Source of the DNA: Hormiphora californensis
Lineage: Eukaryota > Animalia > Ctenophora
Assembly: GCA_020137815.1 (NCBI GenBank)
Contig: CM035353.1
Location: forward strand, 3,906,001-3,970,000
Direction: 5' to 3'
Length of the DNA: 64,000 bases
How positions within the stretch are numbered: the stretch's first letter is position 1; every line of letters starts with the position of its first letter. A program made the translations under genes and the position numbers. Shown piece by piece: positions 14,345 through 30,291 of the stretch. A model generated the notes under the pieces. It was given only the letters and a program-made list of their open reading frames with translations, was not told the origin of the DNA and made no database searches.

Positions 14345-15292
14345 ATGTTTTCTAGTTGCCGTATCATGAGAAGAGCGGGAAAACCTCCTCCGATAGGACG
14401 AAATTCCAACAAGGGCATGTTTAAAAGGTCCCTTGCTGACATCACATCACCATGGCTACCAATGAACGAGGACACAGGACTCTACCCTCCACTGGACCTC
14501 CCTGTCCCCCACATCCTCATTGACGACAAGCCCTACCCCATTATGTGCCATGAAAAGTTTGTAAAAAAGCAGTTTGATTGGGAGACTGGCGACGTTCTAG
14601 TTGCCACATACCCCCGATCGGGCACGGCGTTAACTTTGAGCATCTGTAGAGAGCTCCACCTCCTCCATGACCCCACAATCCCCGAGAATCATCATCTACG
14701 GCACGGTTCTACCGGCATCCAAACACCTTGGATCAACTCTGAGGTTTGCCCGATGAATCCTGAGGAAATGCCCCTACCTCGGGTCTTCAAAACGCACAAC
14801 TATTACGAGCACATTTATGGTGATGTGAAGATGATCCACGTGTATCGTGATCCTAAAGACTCTGCTTGGTCTCTTTTCAAGCACATCGGGAAGAATAACC
14901 GAAACTTCAGGTGCAATTTCACGGAATTTACGGAGCATTTTCTGGAGGGCCGTACATCGGCAGGCTCGTGGTGGAGCTTTAATAGAGATTTATTTGATAA
15001 CAAGGCTGGAAAAGAAATCCTTCATCTGAGTTATGAGGAGCTAACTCTACAAAAAGAGACAGCGATCATAAAGATAAACAGGTTTATGGGTTTCCGGGAT
15101 TTAGATGGCAGTGAGGTTGAGTTAGTTGCCAGCGCCACATCCCTGAAAACACTACAACCAGGACAGGTCGGAAAACCAGGGAAATCCCTCGAGGTAATGA
15201 CACCGGAACAAAGACGAAGATTTGGGGAGAAGACGGAAAAGGAAATGGACGGCATCAAACAGAGTCTACCAGAATCGTATTTTAGTGAGTAG
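14345..15292 (+). CDS. Cytosolic-type sulfotransferase (Sulfotransfer_1), intronless
   Basis: PAPS motifs DVLVATYPRSGT and YRDPKDSAWS; FKTH; GSWW; LSYEEL. Confidence 0.88.
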   Translation: MFSSCRIMRRAGKPPPIGRNSNKGMFKRSLADITSPWLPMNEDTGLYPPLDLPVPHILIDDKPYPIMCHEKFVKKQFDWETGDVLVATYPRSGTALTLSICRELHLLHDPTIPENHHLRHGSTGIQTPWINSEVCPMNPEEMPLPRVFKTHNYYEHIYGDVKMIHVYRDPKDSAWSLFKHIGKNNRNFRCNFTEFTEHFLEGRTSAGSWWSFNRDLFDNKAGKEILHLSYEELTLQKETAIIKINRFMGFRDLDGSEVELVASATSLKTLQPGQVGKPGKSLEVMTPEQRRRFGEKTEKEMDGIKQSLPESYFSE

Positions 15293-15623
15293 CTGTGACA
15301 ATCTTGATAAACAATGAATTTTTTTCCCGCAAGTGCAGTAGTTTGTTTGTTTGTGATTGCTGCGTCTGGAGGATGGCTTGGTGACATCTGGCGCGACACC
15401 CGCACACGTCTATGTCACCTGCCCGAAAACGGGATTATTTTCGTTTGACCATCTTTATTTGATAAATTCCCAGTCTATCGGCTCTCATACCGGGCGATTC
15501 AGCAACAGATATGATACAGGTTATCCGTTATGAGCTTGAGCCTTGAGGTTAATATCTCAGCTCCTAGAAGTAGATATGATCATATTCATATGAATCTCAT
15601 ATGAATCGTTATAGGCTCATTAT

Positions 15624-17077
15624 CAAGTTCAAGTTCAAGTTCAAGTTCAATTATATTTTTACACAATACATAAAACGTGATGAAATTCCCATCGCGTGGG
15701 TCCTCCTTGTCAAATTGTTTATTTACAGTCCCTTACTTAACATAAAAACATAAACAGCATGAGCAGCAAAACAACATTTACAGCCTCACACAACGTTCTT
15801 TCTTCCTGCCTCTCTGAAATCATTTGGGACCGTCGTGTAGCCACGCACCGGTGGTCTGTCATGGAATTGCTTCATGAATGCACCCAACTTAGCCTTTAAC
15901 CCAGGAAGTGTGCCTGAAAGAGTAACCTCTCGAGGGAGTCTGTTCCATAGTTGAGGTGCCCTGAAGCTGAACGAGTTGTACAACTGACCTGCCCATTTGG
16001 AATCTGCCCAGTAAGGGTATTTCTGTGTCTTTGCCTGGACTCCTAACCGGCCAATCTGGAACTCCATTTGCACACAGTTGGGTACTAGCCCGTGATAGAT
16101 TTTCCAAACGTGTATCATCTCATATCGTTGACGTCTTCTCTGGAGGGACATGAGATCCAGCGCCTCTAGACGCTGCCAATAATCCAGCTCCTTCATCCCT
16201 TGGATCTTCCGGGTAAATGCCCGTTGGACGTTCTCTACTGCCTGGATGTCAGCGATTCTCGTTGGACACCACACCAAACAGCAGTATTCCAAAATGGGTC
16301 GAACCAACGCCTTATATAGGGTTAGAAGTACCTCACGGGATCTACTCCTGAATGCACAGAATATCCATCCTGCCATCATGTTAGCTCTCCTCACAATATC
16401 ACCAATGTGATGAGTCCACGTACCATCCGCCGATAGCCAAACGCCCAAATCTTTCACATGCTGCTCTGGCTCCACCACAGTTCCTCCCGAAGTAACATAG
16501 GATAAGGTTTCTGCAGCGAAAGGTAGCTCTCTCAGGAGTTTAGATCTGCCTAGCGAGTAGTTTACCAGTTGAAATTTTTCCTCGTGAAGTCTCATATTAT
16601 TAGTCAGAGACCACTGACTCACATTTCCCAAGTCCTTCTGGAGTTCTGCCTGGTCTAGCAATGTCCGTATTACCTGTATGAGCTTCGTGTCGTCTGCAAA
16701 CGACAAAGCGTCAGCACTTGACAAAGACTCCTTCAAGTCGATTACGTAAAAGATGAACAAAATAGGGCCCAGCACGCTTCCCTGGATCACACTACTTAGA
16801 ACCCACTCCCACCGCGACTGCTCCCCATCCACTAGCACTGCTTGCTTCCTATTTGTTAGGAATTCCTTGATCCAGGCAAGTAGCTTTCCTCGTACACCAT
16901 ATTTTTGTAGTTTTCTCAGTAGGACCCCAGTATCAACACGGTCAAACGCTTTCTGGAAGTCCAGATATAGCACATCAACTTCGTTGTTATCCGTTAGATG
17001 TTTGAGAACCCTGTCAATGTGTGCAAGCAGATGAGTCATTGTACTTCTCCCTTTTCTGAACCCATGTTGACCGTTAC
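15624..17077 (-). mobile_element. 5'-truncated CR1-like non-LTR retrotransposon
   Basis: RT motifs QHGFR, YLDFQKAFD, QGSVLGP, FADD; (TTGAAC)n 3' tail at 15624-15650. Confidence 0.9.
15786..17039 (-). CDS. Reverse transcriptase (ORF2 fragment)
   Basis: 417-aa open frame with non-LTR RT motifs. Confidence 0.88.
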   Translation of the reverse strand: MTHLLAHIDRVLKHLTDNNEVDVLYLDFQKAFDRVDTGVLLRKLQKYGVRGKLLAWIKEFLTNRKQAVLVDGEQSRWEWVLSSVIQGSVLGPILFIFYVIDLKESLSSADALSFADDTKLIQVIRTLLDQAELQKDLGNVSQWSLTNNMRLHEEKFQLVNYSLGRSKLLRELPFAAETLSYVTSGGTVVEPEQHVKDLGVWLSADGTWTHHIGDIVRRANMMAGWIFCAFRSRSREVLLTLYKALVRPILEYCCLVWCPTRIADIQAVENVQRAFTRKIQGMKELDYWQRLEALDLMSLQRRRQRYEMIHVWKIYHGLVPNCVQMEFQIGRLGVQAKTQKYPYWADSKWAGQLYNSFSFRAPQLWNRLPREVTLSGTLPGLKAKLGAFMKQFHDRPPVRGYTTVPNDFREAGRKNVV

Positions 17078-18390
17078 AATGTAGTAATTGTCTGATACCA
17101 ATTTTATAATCACCACACCAAATCTGTTAAGCCAATGATCTGGCCTCTGACCAGTGACCACTCACGACTGTCGACTGACAGCACCAAATAAAAAACAAAC
17201 CAGGAAAATGTGGATTGTTCGTGCGTTTCCAAGCACTGGGGAGCTGCGGCGCGTGTGCAGGTGGTGCTGACATTATCTATTGAGCCACTTTTTACATGTT
17301 CCAATCTGCGCGCCATCCAGCAACAATACAGGACCTCTTGAATAGCCGATCCATGGACAAGGGCAAGTGGTGCATACTGCAGCATGGAGCACTGCTGAAG
17401 CAGGGCGGCTGACGCCAGGCCTTCTGGAGCATGCGTGTTAATTTCAACATCCCTCACATGCTTGTTGAGAGGAGAGAGAGAGAGAGAGAAAGAGTGGGAA
17501 TCTATCAATGACAATTGTTTAACGACTTGCGAATATATGTGCATTATATCTAAAACATTTCGAGATGAGAAAGAAGAGAGGTGTAAGCTACTTGATAAAC
17601 TGAATTGAGAGATCAGCAGGATAGAGAGAAACAACTCCTTTCTAGGAAAAATTGAGAGTAGCGGCCGTCTCAAAGCAATTCCAGAACAAATCTTTATATT
17701 TGCAACATCATATTATATCCGTCTATAATAAGTACTTGCGAAGAAGCCTGATGATTGGTTTCCCCTCAGAGATTCCATGAAACACATGTAATTACCTCCA
17801 AAATACCGTCGTATTATTTCGTGATAAGTACGAAGGAACAGCAATTATATATGGTATCAGGTATGAGCAATGTTTCTGATACAATAATTATTAATTGTGA
17901 TAAATTATGATCGCGTTTTTGGGATCTAACTAAAACGTTACATGTTACACAAGCACAGAAAATATATATACAGTCCCTTAACCAGCTGATCTACACACAC
18001 TGTACACGGTGCACCAGAAGGATCGTCAACCTAAAGTTGAGACCGCAAAACAAACTTTTGCTGGGGGTGACCCAGGAGGCCTTCCTGAACATCCCCACGG
18101 TGAGAAAAGTATATGTTATCGGGGGAAATTTTTGTTAAAATCGAAAAAACTGGTTTTTGGTCCAAATTTGTGCATAACTTACTTGACTGCCGTTTGATGA
18201 AATATCTGATTGACATAAAATAAGTATACAAGACCTATTTTTGCACGAAGAATCGATTGCCGGTGGAGAGAAATCTCTAAAATGACCGGAAAATTGTCAA
18301 ATATGGGAATTTTGTCATTTTTTGAGGTTTTTGGCCCTTTAACCATTGAAAACGTTGAGATAGGAAGTTGGCAATAGCGTCAATCGTTAA

Positions 18391-19714
18391 CCCTTTGAGG
18401 ACGATAACGAACGGCTGGTCAGAATTCCTTGAAATTTTGTAAATTAGCTCCTATTGGTACCAATAGTAACCGTGCAAAAGGAATTTAGAATACGTCAAAC
18501 GGTTTTTGAGTTAGCGCATGGGTCATATATGACCCTATCGTCAAAAGGGGTACCATAATATCCGTAAATCGAAATTTTAATTCTGCTATGAGTGGTCATT
18601 AAACTGAACTTAAATGGTTCAGGGACCATCACTGATGTCAAATCAACTAATTTGGATGATCAGAAGTTAAAACAGGCAACAGGGGACGCCATAAAGTAGG
18701 ATTTCTATGCTAAATATTTGAAATAACGTCATATTTTGGTATACAACAGGCTTCCAAGAGATTTCTAGTCAATACTTGATCCTAATCTGGTCAGTACTAT
18801 CATCTGTGATACCAAAGAAGGCATTGTTTACACGTTGTAGGGTAGTCGGGGTCAAATAACTAGGGGAAACGTTTGGTATCCAAGACACCTCACACTCTGT
18901 TTGGCCTTCGTTTGGCGCGCTTCGCGCGCCGGCAAGGGAGGGGTAACTTCGTTACCAAGGGAAACGTTTCATGTGTCAAATTTCGTCAAAATCCCCGTGT
19001 GGTGACGATAGGGTCATATCTGACCCAAATACAAGTTCTGAAGCTTTGTTTGAGTAGAAACTGTTTTTCTTGTTTAGTTTCAACCTTGTAGTGATTACTA
19101 AGTTGTTTTTTCTTGCCCACAATGACTTTTGTGGCTGAGAACTGGCCAAGAAAGTGTCTAAAAGCAAGGTTTTCTCTAACGACGATAGGGTCATATCTGA
19201 CCCAAATTGCAAAAAATGACCTCCCACGAAGTTGGAAATGGTTTTACGCAAATATTCGCCATCATAATTATAGTGATAAAACATGAAATTTAGGCAGAAC
19301 GGAAAATTGGCCTGGTCGTGGGAGCCGTTTGAAAATTTGGTACCTCTTTTGACGATAGGGTCATATATGACCCAAAATTTAAAAAGTCTCTAGTTAGTCC
19401 ATTTTTTGTTAGTTTTAGTTCCGGCTTGTTTTATTCGGTTTATCTAAGCGAGGTCTATGTTTTCTCAACAGTATTTGGTTGTATCATTTGTGGATCAGGC
19501 GTCAGGTTAGTTCATTAAAAAATGAACAATTAGGCACTATTCACACTGAAATAGTTCATTAATTACTGGAGTTTTGATTCTGAGATTCAGAATGAACAAA
19601 GCTAGCACAATTGTTTTGAGGTTAGGCAAAAAATTTGAAGGAAAAAGCTTTTTTTCAACGCCCAGTATGGCATTTTATCGAATGGGTCATATATGGTCTA
19701 TCGTCCTCAAAGGG
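18391..19714. mobile_element. Non-autonomous piggyBac-like element
   Basis: TTAA|CCCTTTGAGGACGATA...TATCGTCCTCAAAGGG|TTAA; internal GACGATAGGGTCATAT repeats. Confidence 0.9.
18873..18958 (+). mobile_element. Tiny hairpin-rich element with 9-bp TSD (nested in piggyBac)
   Basis: TSD GGGAAACGT; same ends as 599-668. Confidence 0.87.
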
Positions 19715-20587
19715 TTAAAATGGTCATTTTTCTACGGGATCCCAAAATTTCATGTATATCCGATTCATTGTTAGATTTTGGCAAACTATTGAGATGTGCT
19801 TACTGAAAAAAGGATAACTTGATTTTCTCGTTTTTTGCGATTTTTTAACTTTTGACAGAATTCTGATTGAAATGGCCAATCAGGGCCATGCTAAAGTTGT
19901 TTATGGGACAATTTTCGACCAAAATCCAAGATTTCATGCAAATCCAATGACAGATCATTGATTTATAGAAAGTTGAAATAGGCAAAAAAGGCCAATTTTT
20001 ACCATGAAAATAAAAATTCACATTTTTTCTGGTCAATTTCCATCAACAACTGGTACCCTACCTATTTTTGCACGTAAAATCGATTGCCGGTGGAGATGAT
20101 CCTCTCAAATGATTGGAAAGCGGTCGAAATGCCATTTTTGGGCGGTTTTTTGGGCCTCCAAAAAATGGCATTTCGAGTTATCCTTTTCCAAAAAATGGCA
20201 TTTCAAGTTATCCTTTTTTCAGTAAGCACATCTCAATAGTTTGCCAAAATCTAACAATGAATCGGATATACATGAAATTTTGGGATCCCGTAGAAAAATG
20301 ACCATTTTAACGATTGACGCTATTGCCAACTTCCTATCTCAACGTTTTCAATGGTTAAAGGGCCAAAAACCTCAAAAAATGACAAAATTCCCATATTTGA
20401 CAATTTTCCGGTCATTTTAGAGATTTCTCTCCACCGGCAATCGATTCTTCGTGCAAAAATAGGTCTTGTATACTTATTTTATGTCAATCAGATATTTCAT
20501 CAAACGGCAGTCAAGTAAGTTATGCACAAATTTGGACCAAAAACCAGTTTTTTCGATTTTAACAAAAATTTCCCCCGATAACATATA

Positions 20588-20759
20588 CAGTCGGACCCCG
20601 ATTTAACGGCACCCTCGGGGGAAAGTGTTTTGTCCGTTAAATCGGGGTGTCCGCTAAATCGGGGTTAAATACTGTTGATTTCCTATATCGGGGGAAGATT
20701 ATGCTGCCGTTAAATCGGGGTGCCGCTAAATCGGGGGCCGTTAAATCAGGGTCCGACTG
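20588..20759. mobile_element. Tc1/pogo-like MITE
   Basis: TA|CAGTCGGACCCCGATTTAACGGC...GTCCGACTG|TA. Confidence 0.88.
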
Positions 20760-21315
20760 TACTTTTCTCACCGTGGGGATGTTCAGGAAGGCCTCCTGGG
20801 TCACCCCCAGCAAAAGTTTGTTTTGCGGGCTCAACTTTAGGTTGACGATTCTTCTGGTGCACCGTGTGTATTTACACAATCTAACACTAAACTTTACACA
20901 ATCTAACACTAAACTAAGACACACAAACTAACACACAAACACACATCATAACTGTTTTAAAGTTTAGTTTAAAGGGTAAACGAAAACAAATAAAACTAAA
21001 TATCTAACGGAGTGAGGTTGAGAAGAAAACTGGTCTCACACCCCAGAGCTGCCCCAAACCGTCCTTCATAAACATCTAGTTCTATATATTCTGGCACACG
21101 CCATGCACACGCCAATAAATAAAAAAGTTCATTGGGAAGTAGGTATCTCCTCTATTCCTTCCTTTGCGGTGCGTGGTGAGACAGGGTCGGACAAGGCAAA
21201 CCAAGGAATATTCTTTCAGCAGCTCTGTTTCCGAGAAAAGTGTGCCTGCCATAACAAGAGGCAAGTCTTACAAAAGTCCTCGTTGTCTCAATTATAGTCC
21301 TCTAAATTTCCAATT

Positions 21316-25153
<3,838 letters not shown>

Positions 25154-26111
25154 CTGGAAATTTAGTGAGTTAATAAACATTAAAATCATGAATTGAGTAC
25201 CAAATAAGGAAGTTAAATATTTAAATGATTTAACCCGTTGCTGGATGTCCCGTTTACACGCTCCTCGATGAGGGAGATACCTACGTTAAATGTGAAAGTA
25301 ACTTTTGTTGGAATTCCATAGCACGATGTTTGACCTGTCATGATCCTAAATGGGAGAAACTTTGATTGAATTATTCATAGAAAGCTGGCAGGTATCTAGC
25401 TTTATCAATTGTTTCCCACATGAATTAATGCAGTCATCCTCCCCCAGTAAAAAGCAAATTTAGTTTTTGTTGGTTAAAAAACATGAAAATAATGAATTGA
25501 TTACCAAATAAGGAAGTTAAATATTTAAATGATTTAATCCGTTGCTGGATGTCCCGTTTACACGCTCCTCGATGAGAAAGCTGGCAGGTATCGAGCTTTA
25601 TCAATTGTTTCCCACATGAATTAATGCAGTCATCCTCCCTCAGTCTGTTATACATAATTAGTTACCGAAAGTTATGTGAGCCGGCGCGGTGTTTTTTCTT
25701 TTCTTTATTAATTTTTGCTCTATTAGGGATAAGTTGGCGAGGTCTTACCAGTTCAGATTATCCTTCAGTGACAGCAACAGTTTCACTGCTTTGTCCCTGT
25801 CGGATATGGGTTTCATTGGAAAAACCTATACATAATATATAATATTTTTCTTCCTGCTGTATGAATTGCGTAGTTTAGAACCTAAAACGTAATGAACCTG
25901 ATTGACCCCAATTTACCCTACTGATCCCGTTAAGGCATAAACATTTAAAGAATTAATAGATTTGGTATTTGAGTAAATGTCAGTCAGGATCGAAATAAAA
26001 TATATGCAGCTTTGAGCTTTTGATCTTCAATTTTTAAATTCGAACGTATTTTCTTGATTTTGTAAGTGGTGATGTTGCTAAAAGATTTCCTCCCAAATAG
26101 TTTTCAAAATA

Positions 26112-29100
26112 ATGGGCTGTACTGCACTCGTGGTGTTTCTACTGATACTCTGCGTCAATGCGAACCAACCAACGGGACCGTGTCCCATTAAAGAGAGATA
26201 CGGCTTCCTGGTTCGGTGGTGTGATAAGCTCAACTTCAGCTGTATGAACAGCCCTGATGTGTCATATAAGGCGGAGACCTGGAGAACCAGCACCCGGACA
26301 TCGAAACGCTACACGACCCTAGTCTGTCCAGGTGATCTACAATCCTACCAAGCATGTATTGTAGGTAGACGAGCGAACACACGGCCAATATTCCCCCGAG
26401 CCCCTGTGTGTGGTGTCCTCTGTCAGACTAGCATTAATGGAACGAGTCTCGGTGGAACCATGACCCGTCTCAATGGAACCAGTATCCAGTATCTCTACAA
26501 AGAGAAACAGGTTTGCACAGATACCGGGTTGGTTGAGCTATCCTTCCCGGGTTTGAGTCCAGGGACAAGGGTTATGGTTGAGAGAGAGAAGTTGTGTAAT
26601 GGGAAGTGCGAGGCTATGATAGTACCGGTCAAAGTTGATCGTTATGAAGGTCATTGTCATGACGAGATACGGTGCAATGGGTTCAATTACGGGTTAATTT
26701 CTCAAGCGGATAAAGTTTATCCGTTTGAAAGTAATATTCCGCCTTTCAATCACATTGAAACTAATTGGTGTGAGTTCTCCGTGCCGGGAATTAGCGATTT
26801 TCCCCTGTACAATGGCTCCAGGTGCTTCCCCTTCGAGGATCTTCTTGGACAACCCTTCTGTAGTAATGGCCATGACCAGACTAACTGTAGCGACGCATCG
26901 TTTGTGGTAGGAAGCTGCCAAGTAGGTGGTTTCATGTCCACCATTTCCAAGTACATCACCTGCTCCCCTTCCCACGATATCGTGGTTTGTGATAATGGCC
27001 TGGATGGAATATGTGAGCAGATCAACCCTATCTGTACCATACACAAACACCAACTGTGCAATCATGTCACAGATTGCCAAAATGGCGCAGACGAGACCGT
27101 TGCACACTGTGGCTCTCTTACAGACCGTAAGTGTCGGCGGGTCTTTTATCCCGGTGGAGCGATGCCCATACCCATAAGATGGGTTCAAGACGGAGTGGCC
27201 GATTGTCAAAATGGAGAGGATGAAACGGGTCATTGGGGCAGGTGTGGGGAGGGCTCAACTTCACGAGTACGTAGGAATACCTCCTGCACCGAGGTGTTCT
27301 ACTGTACACCGAAAAGGGACATTTTTACAGAACTCTCCGATCTGTGCCAACCACAGAGCGAGTGTGGGTACAATATGTGTCCTGTGTCGAGGAGAGGTCT
27401 GACTGTTTCCTCTGTAATGCCCTTCGACGCAGGTTCACACATATTGCCACAGTGCATGAAAGGAATTGACTCGATTCGTAACCTTGCGAATTCACCCTGC
27501 GATTCAATAGTTTTCAGTCATGAATATCACGACTTTTTCGGAAAGACCCCTGAGACCGCGGTTATTGTTCCCACAACAAAGATCGACTGTCGTTTCCTAT
27601 TCGGTGAGGCCTACCTTTATTACAGCTGTATAGGTAAGTGTCTAGGCAAGGTAGGGTGTCCTATAGAGAGACGAGTTGAGGTCAGCAGTTGCACCAACTA
27701 TCTATCAGGACGCCTCCATGCCCTGGCCACAGACAACTCTCATGTCACCACAGTGTTTAGGATGAAAGGTGGTTACCATAACAACGTCTTTGTGTGCCAA
27801 AACAACAGGTGTATTCCCTTTTCCAAGGTGTGCAATCTTGACAATGATTGTGGTGATGGATCAGACGAGAAGGACTGCGAGAACAATTGGAAGTGTGAAG
27901 ACGGGAGCGCATATATCTCCCTAGACCAGTTTTGTAACGGAATGGAGGACTGCCAAGATTTCTCCGATGAGTGCAATGATACCTGCAGAAAGAAAGTTCT
28001 CGATACGACCATGCTCGTAGCAGCTGCTATAATCGGTTCCGCTGGGTTGCTCTTCAACGTTGGTAACCTAACCACTACCAGACGAAATAAACAGAAACGA
28101 GAGAAAAATGGGCACTTTATTAACCGAAATTTTGCGTTTCTCATTTCACTCGGAGATCTAACCACAAGCCTGTATCTGTTAGGTTTGGTGATTGTACATT
28201 TTTCCAAAGGTACAGCTTTTTGTAAAACGCAACTCCACTGGCTAAGTTCACCGGCATGTGGAATTCTGGGGTCATTGAGTACGACCGGGGCAATAACATC
28301 TTCAATTTCCATGGCTACATTGAGTTTTTTCCGCTTGTACGGTACGGTCAAAGCTTCCAGGTTTGTGCAGTCAGGCGAGGTCACGACCAAGGTCAAAAAG
28401 AGGGTTTATACACTCCAAGCACTCGTGGTGCTTCTTGCTGCAACCATAGCAACCATCCCGGTAGTACCCTCGCTAAATGACTGGTTCGTCAATGGACTGA
28501 CATTCGAGAACAACGTTCGAATTTTCCTTGGGGTCATGGATAAGAATGAACTCCATGATGTGATACGAAGATACCATGGCAGCCGAAAAATAGGAAAATT
28601 TGACGCGAGTCACCTGACTTGGGACCAAATTTCGAAAATCACGAGGAAAATGTTTTCAGAGGACTACAATGCCATCACCGAGAAGCGGATTTCATTCTAC
28701 GGAAATGATGCTGTCTGCCTGTTTAAATACTTTGTTAAAATGGACGATCCTCAGGTAGTCTTTGTGTGGTGGGTAATCGCCCTGCACTGCGTGTGTTTCG
28801 TTACAGTTGCCCTGTTCCATGTCATGATTGGTGTCATTGCGGGGAAGTCACAGATCCAGAGTCGAAATAAAGCAAATGATTTGAACATCAAAGTGACACT
28901 CATTTGTATAACCGATTTCTGCTGCTGGATGCCCTTCCTAATCTGCTGTATCCTCCACACCGCCGAGGTGTTGGATATGTCTCCCTGGTACCAGGTATTC
29001 TCCATCATCATCCTGCCCCTCAACTCTGTGCTAAACCCACTGCTATACAGCGACCTAGTCAAGAGGTTATTCGCAGTTTGTAGGAGTGATACGGGGGACG

Positions 29101-29204
29101 CTACTTCATATCAGACTGGTAATCAGATAGAGATGCAAGATGTTGCCGTACCACATTTAAACATAGCCGTACCAAATAATATTGACATTATAGAGGTCGA
29201 TTGA
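26112..29204 (+). CDS. LDL-receptor class A repeat-containing class A GPCR (GRL101/LGR-related, no LRRs), intronless
   Basis: Signal peptide; LDLa repeats (CNLDNDCGDGSDE, CNGMEDCQDFSDE, DGVADCQNGEDE); 7TM with LGDL, TDFCCWMP, LPLNSVLNPLLY. Confidence 0.9.
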   Translation: MGCTALVVFLLILCVNANQPTGPCPIKERYGFLVRWCDKLNFSCMNSPDVSYKAETWRTSTRTSKRYTTLVCPGDLQSYQACIVGRRANTRPIFPRAPVCGVLCQTSINGTSLGGTMTRLNGTSIQYLYKEKQVCTDTGLVELSFPGLSPGTRVMVEREKLCNGKCEAMIVPVKVDRYEGHCHDEIRCNGFNYGLISQADKVYPFESNIPPFNHIETNWCEFSVPGISDFPLYNGSRCFPFEDLLGQPFCSNGHDQTNCSDASFVVGSCQVGGFMSTISKYITCSPSHDIVVCDNGLDGICEQINPICTIHKHQLCNHVTDCQNGADETVAHCGSLTDRKCRRVFYPGGAMPIPIRWVQDGVADCQNGEDETGHWGRCGEGSTSRVRRNTSCTEVFYCTPKRDIFTELSDLCQPQSECGYNMCPVSRRGLTVSSVMPFDAGSHILPQCMKGIDSIRNLANSPCDSIVFSHEYHDFFGKTPETAVIVPTTKIDCRFLFGEAYLYYSCIGKCLGKVGCPIERRVEVSSCTNYLSGRLHALATDNSHVTTVFRMKGGYHNNVFVCQNNRCIPFSKVCNLDNDCGDGSDEKDCENNWKCEDGSAYISLDQFCNGMEDCQDFSDECNDTCRKKVLDTTMLVAAAIIGSAGLLFNVGNLTTTRRNKQKREKNGHFINRNFAFLISLGDLTTSLYLLGLVIVHFSKGTAFCKTQLHWLSSPACGILGSLSTTGAITSSISMATLSFFRLYGTVKASRFVQSGEVTTKVKKRVYTLQALVVLLAATIATIPVVPSLNDWFVNGLTFENNVRIFLGVMDKNELHDVIRRYHGSRKIGKFDASHLTWDQISKITRKMFSEDYNAITEKRISFYGNDAVCLFKYFVKMDDPQVVFVWWVIALHCVCFVTVALFHVMIGVIAGKSQIQSRNKANDLNIKVTLICITDFCCWMPFLICCILHTAEVLDMSPWYQVFSIIILPLNSVLNPLLYSDLVKRLFAVCRSDTGDATSYQTGNQIEMQDVAVPHLNIAVPNNIDIIEVD

Positions 29205-30056
29205 GGGGCGAAGGCAACAGGAATAGACACGTAGTTCTATGAACCAGAGTTGTATGAGCCAGATTGTTGTAGATCACCCACTTTTTATTGATAATTGACA
29301 TGCATTTATTAGGCCGATGTTAGTCGCCACCCATTTTATTGAGAGAGTGAGTGTGAGAGAGAGAGCGAGAGAGAGAGAGAGAGAGAGAGAGAGTGCTTTT
29401 GTTATGTTCGAGAACTGCGAAATGGCCCCTTTTATTGCGAGCTGAGTGATGAACAAGGAACCTACACAAGACAAGACAAGAGGAGTGTGAGAATTTGGAA
29501 AGTTGAATTAGCGAGAGCAAGATAGAAAAATCTGAGAGTAAATCAACGTGACGCATGCAGCATCGGTGGAATTGACAGAACTAGATGGACACGTGGATGA
29601 GTCAACAAGAACTGGGATTACCAAAAGGTCTACTTGGTCCGAGGCCCGAGCTGTTCGCTAAAAAGGTGCATTTTCAGCAGTATAACACTAATTCCACCGT
29701 GACAATCTGAAGAACAGTATGACGCATAGCATATGATCGTTAAGAGAGACAGTGGCTGTATTATTATTAAATCGTATATCATTTCTTTTCTTACTTTTCC
29801 TTTTTGTGCCTATTCGAGAAAGTATTATTTTGGGGAGAACTACGCCCATAAATTCAAACAAACTCAAAAGAGGCAGTCCACTGATGTAATAGTTACTTAG
29901 TGGATGAAAGGGCGTAATTCTCTATATAAAATTCTTTCTCGCAAAGAATACGATAGCGATAGAAACATTCGAGTCTTTTGGTATTTTTATTCAGAATTCC
30001 AAGCAATTATACTCAATTCATAGCGACTAAGGAAGGAATCCGTTGTGGCTCTAGGG

Positions 30057-30291
30057 GGCGCCGTTCCGATCTGGGTGTTTGGTGGCATGCTGCCAAAAAG
30101 TTGATTCACTAAAATGGCTCTAACCGCCAAACCACTCAACCAGTTTGGCTAATTCAAAGTTTATCTGGTAAGAAATGTCAAGGCCAAACTCCAACCTAAA
30201 CCACAACCCTAACCCTAACCCTACTTAAGGCTTTAGCCCTAACCCTGTCAGCACTCACGAATTACGAAACACCCAGATTTTAACGCTGGCC
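30057..30291. mobile_element. Short element with sub-terminal inverted repeats and a CCCTAA core (HINE/Helentron-like, unassigned)
   Basis: ATCTGGGTG...CACCCAGAT; CCCTAA repeats; GC-rich hairpins just downstream. Confidence 0.55.

Larger units (their letters stand above)
18005..20866. mobile_element. Non-autonomous Chapaev/CMC-like DNA transposon with about 490-bp TIRs
   Basis: CACGGTG...CACCGTG ends, 4-bp TSD TGTA, near-perfect long TIRs interrupted by later insertions. Confidence 0.82.
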
